From the sequence record MK163348.1: a stretch of DNA of 436 nucleotides; one strand, given 5' to 3'. This stretch comes from a phage. The notes under the pieces are model-generated. The model ran no database searches. It worked only from the letters and a program-made list of their open reading frames with translations, and was not told the origin of the DNA. The position numbers and the translations under genes were made by a program. Below, piece by piece: positions 1-436 of the stretch. Position 1 is the stretch's first letter. Each line of letters begins with the position of its first letter.

Positions 1-1
1 C

Positions 2-436
2 GTAGTTGTTGACCGTGTATTCTTCAGCAAACTGACTAAGCATCCTAAGATTCGTGACGCTTATCTTGCACAGCAGACTCCACTGGCTTGGCAGCAGATT
101 ACTGGTTCTCTGAGAACTGGTGGTACTGACGGCGTTCAGGCTCATATGAACACTTTCTACTACGGTGGTGTTAAGTTTGTCCAGTACAACGGTAAGTTCA
201 AAGACAAGCGTGGTAAGGTTCACACTCTGGTGAGCATTGATAGTGTAGCAGACACTGTTGGTGTTGGTCATGCTTTCCCTAACGTAGCTATGCTGGGTGA
301 AGCTAACAACATCTTCGAAGTTGCATATGGTCCATGTCCTAAGATGGGTTACGCAAATACACTTGGTCAGGAACTGTACGTATTCGAATACGAAAAAGAC
401 CGTGACGAGGGTATTGACTTCGAAGCGCATTCCTAT
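2..436 (+). CDS. Partial CDS, truncated at both ends by the window; uncharacterised protein, probably a highly expressed phage gene (abundant virion or DNA-associated protein); family not assigned
   Basis: Frame 2 is open for all 145 codons. Sense frames 1 and 3 are closed early (TGA 10-12, TAG 3-5) and repeatedly. Strong codon bias by hand count: GGT 14/15 Gly, ACT 8/9 Thr, CGT 4/5 Arg, TTC 8/9 Phe, CAG 7/7 Gln, GAC 8/9 Asp, CTG 6/8 Leu. First codon position is G-rich, as expected for a true coding frame. The phage attribution rests only on codon dialect (AAG over AAA, no CCG, about 46% GC) and is an inference. Confidence 0.85.
379..392. repeat. Perfect 14-bp palindrome CGTATTCGAATACG centred on TTCGAA, inside the CDS (codons Tyr-Val-Phe-Glu-Tyr-Glu)
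   Basis: Read directly: nt 379-392 equal their own reverse complement. Flanking bases 378 (a) and 393 (a) do not extend the symmetry. Biological role unknown. Confidence 0.6.

Noticed and set aside
9-24. Tetrapeptide D-R-V-F (codons 11-22) shared with a D-R-V-F stretch of T7 major capsid protein gp10 as I recall it.
   Set aside because: Only four residues match and the flanking sequence on both sides does not align with gp10, so this is a chance match and not evidence of capsid homology.
146-148. In-frame ATG codons at 146-148, 290-292 and 344-346 that could be read as internal starts (coordinates given for the first).
   Set aside because: None has a convincing Shine-Dalgarno sequence 5-10 nt upstream and the reading frame is continuous through each, so they are internal Met codons.
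143-148. Two CATATG (NdeI) sites at 143-148 and 324-329.
   Set aside because: Two copies of a 6-mer in 436 nt is a mild excess; the first is in frame (His-Met) and the second is not. No symmetry or spacing suggests function. Their presence, with the three TTCGAA sites, does argue against a codon-optimised synthetic construct cleaned of cloning sites.
257-268. Tandem hexamer GTTGGT GTTGGT encoding Val-Gly-Val-Gly.
   Set aside because: Only two copies, fully explained by a VGVG peptide written with the preferred codons GTT and GGT; too short to call a repeat element.
387-393. AATACGA, matching the first seven bases after T of the T7 promoter consensus TAATACGACTCACTATAG.
   Set aside because: The match stops after seven bases (it is followed by AAAAGACCG instead of CTCACTATA), so this is not a phage RNA polymerase promoter.
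393-397. Run of five A (GAA AAA GAC) as a possible ribosomal or transcriptional slippage site.
   Set aside because: It does not form an X XXY YYZ heptamer in the sense frame, the run is short, and both alternative frames are closed, so a programmed frameshift is not supported by anything visible here.
414-419. Sigma70 -35-like hexamers TTGACT (414-419) and TTGACC (9-14).
   Set aside because: No acceptable -10 element lies 16-18 bp downstream of TTGACC (the region reads CTGACT), and the partner position for TTGACT is beyond the window. Both sit deep inside a coding region, so there is no support for a promoter.
2-436. The antisense frame in register with the sense codons is also free of stop codons across the whole window.
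   Set aside because: This follows directly from the sense strand never using TTA, CTA or TCA codons, which is a by-product of the strong codon bias. The antisense frame lacks the first-position G enrichment and coherent codon preference of the sense frame, so it is a shadow ORF, not a second gene.

Overview
The whole 436-nt window lies inside one protein-coding gene on the + strand (frame 2, nt 2-436, 145 sense codons, no stop). Neither the start nor the stop codon is in the window, so the gene is longer than what is shown. The other two sense frames are closed almost immediately (TAG at 3-5, TGA at 10-12, more further on). Hand-counted GC is about 46% (200 of 436). Codon usage is extremely biased (Gly 14 of 15 GGT, Thr 8 of 9 ACT, Arg 4 of 5 CGT, Phe 8 of 9 TTC, Gln 7 of 7 CAG, Asp 8 of 9 GAC, Lys 7 AAG to 3 AAA, Pro never CCG). 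That dialect suggests a very highly expressed gene, and the AAG preference and lack of CCG fit a virulent enterobacterial phage of the T7 group better than a host chromosomal gene. Translation: VVVDRVFFSKLTKHPKIRDAYLAQQTPLAWQQITGSLRTGGTDGVQAHMNTFYYGGVKFVQYNGKFKDKRGKVHTLVSIDSVADTVGVGHAFPNVAMLGEANNIFEVAYGPCPKMGYANTLGQELYVFEYEKDRDEGIDFEAHSY. I could not match this fragment to any reference protein I can recall (T7 gp10, gp8, gp9, gp11, gp12, gp17, gp19; T4 gp23; lambda E; P22 gp5; phiX F/G/H), so the product is unassigned. I see no RNA gene, CRISPR array, mobile-element end, convincing promoter or terminator. Second-look items are a perfect 14-bp palindrome at 379-392, three in-phase TTCGAA hexamers in the last ~110 nt, and a sharp basic-then-acidic charge split along the fragment. 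A 436-nt window internal to one gene cannot show a multi-gene system; judging novelty needs the flanking sequence and a database search I cannot run.
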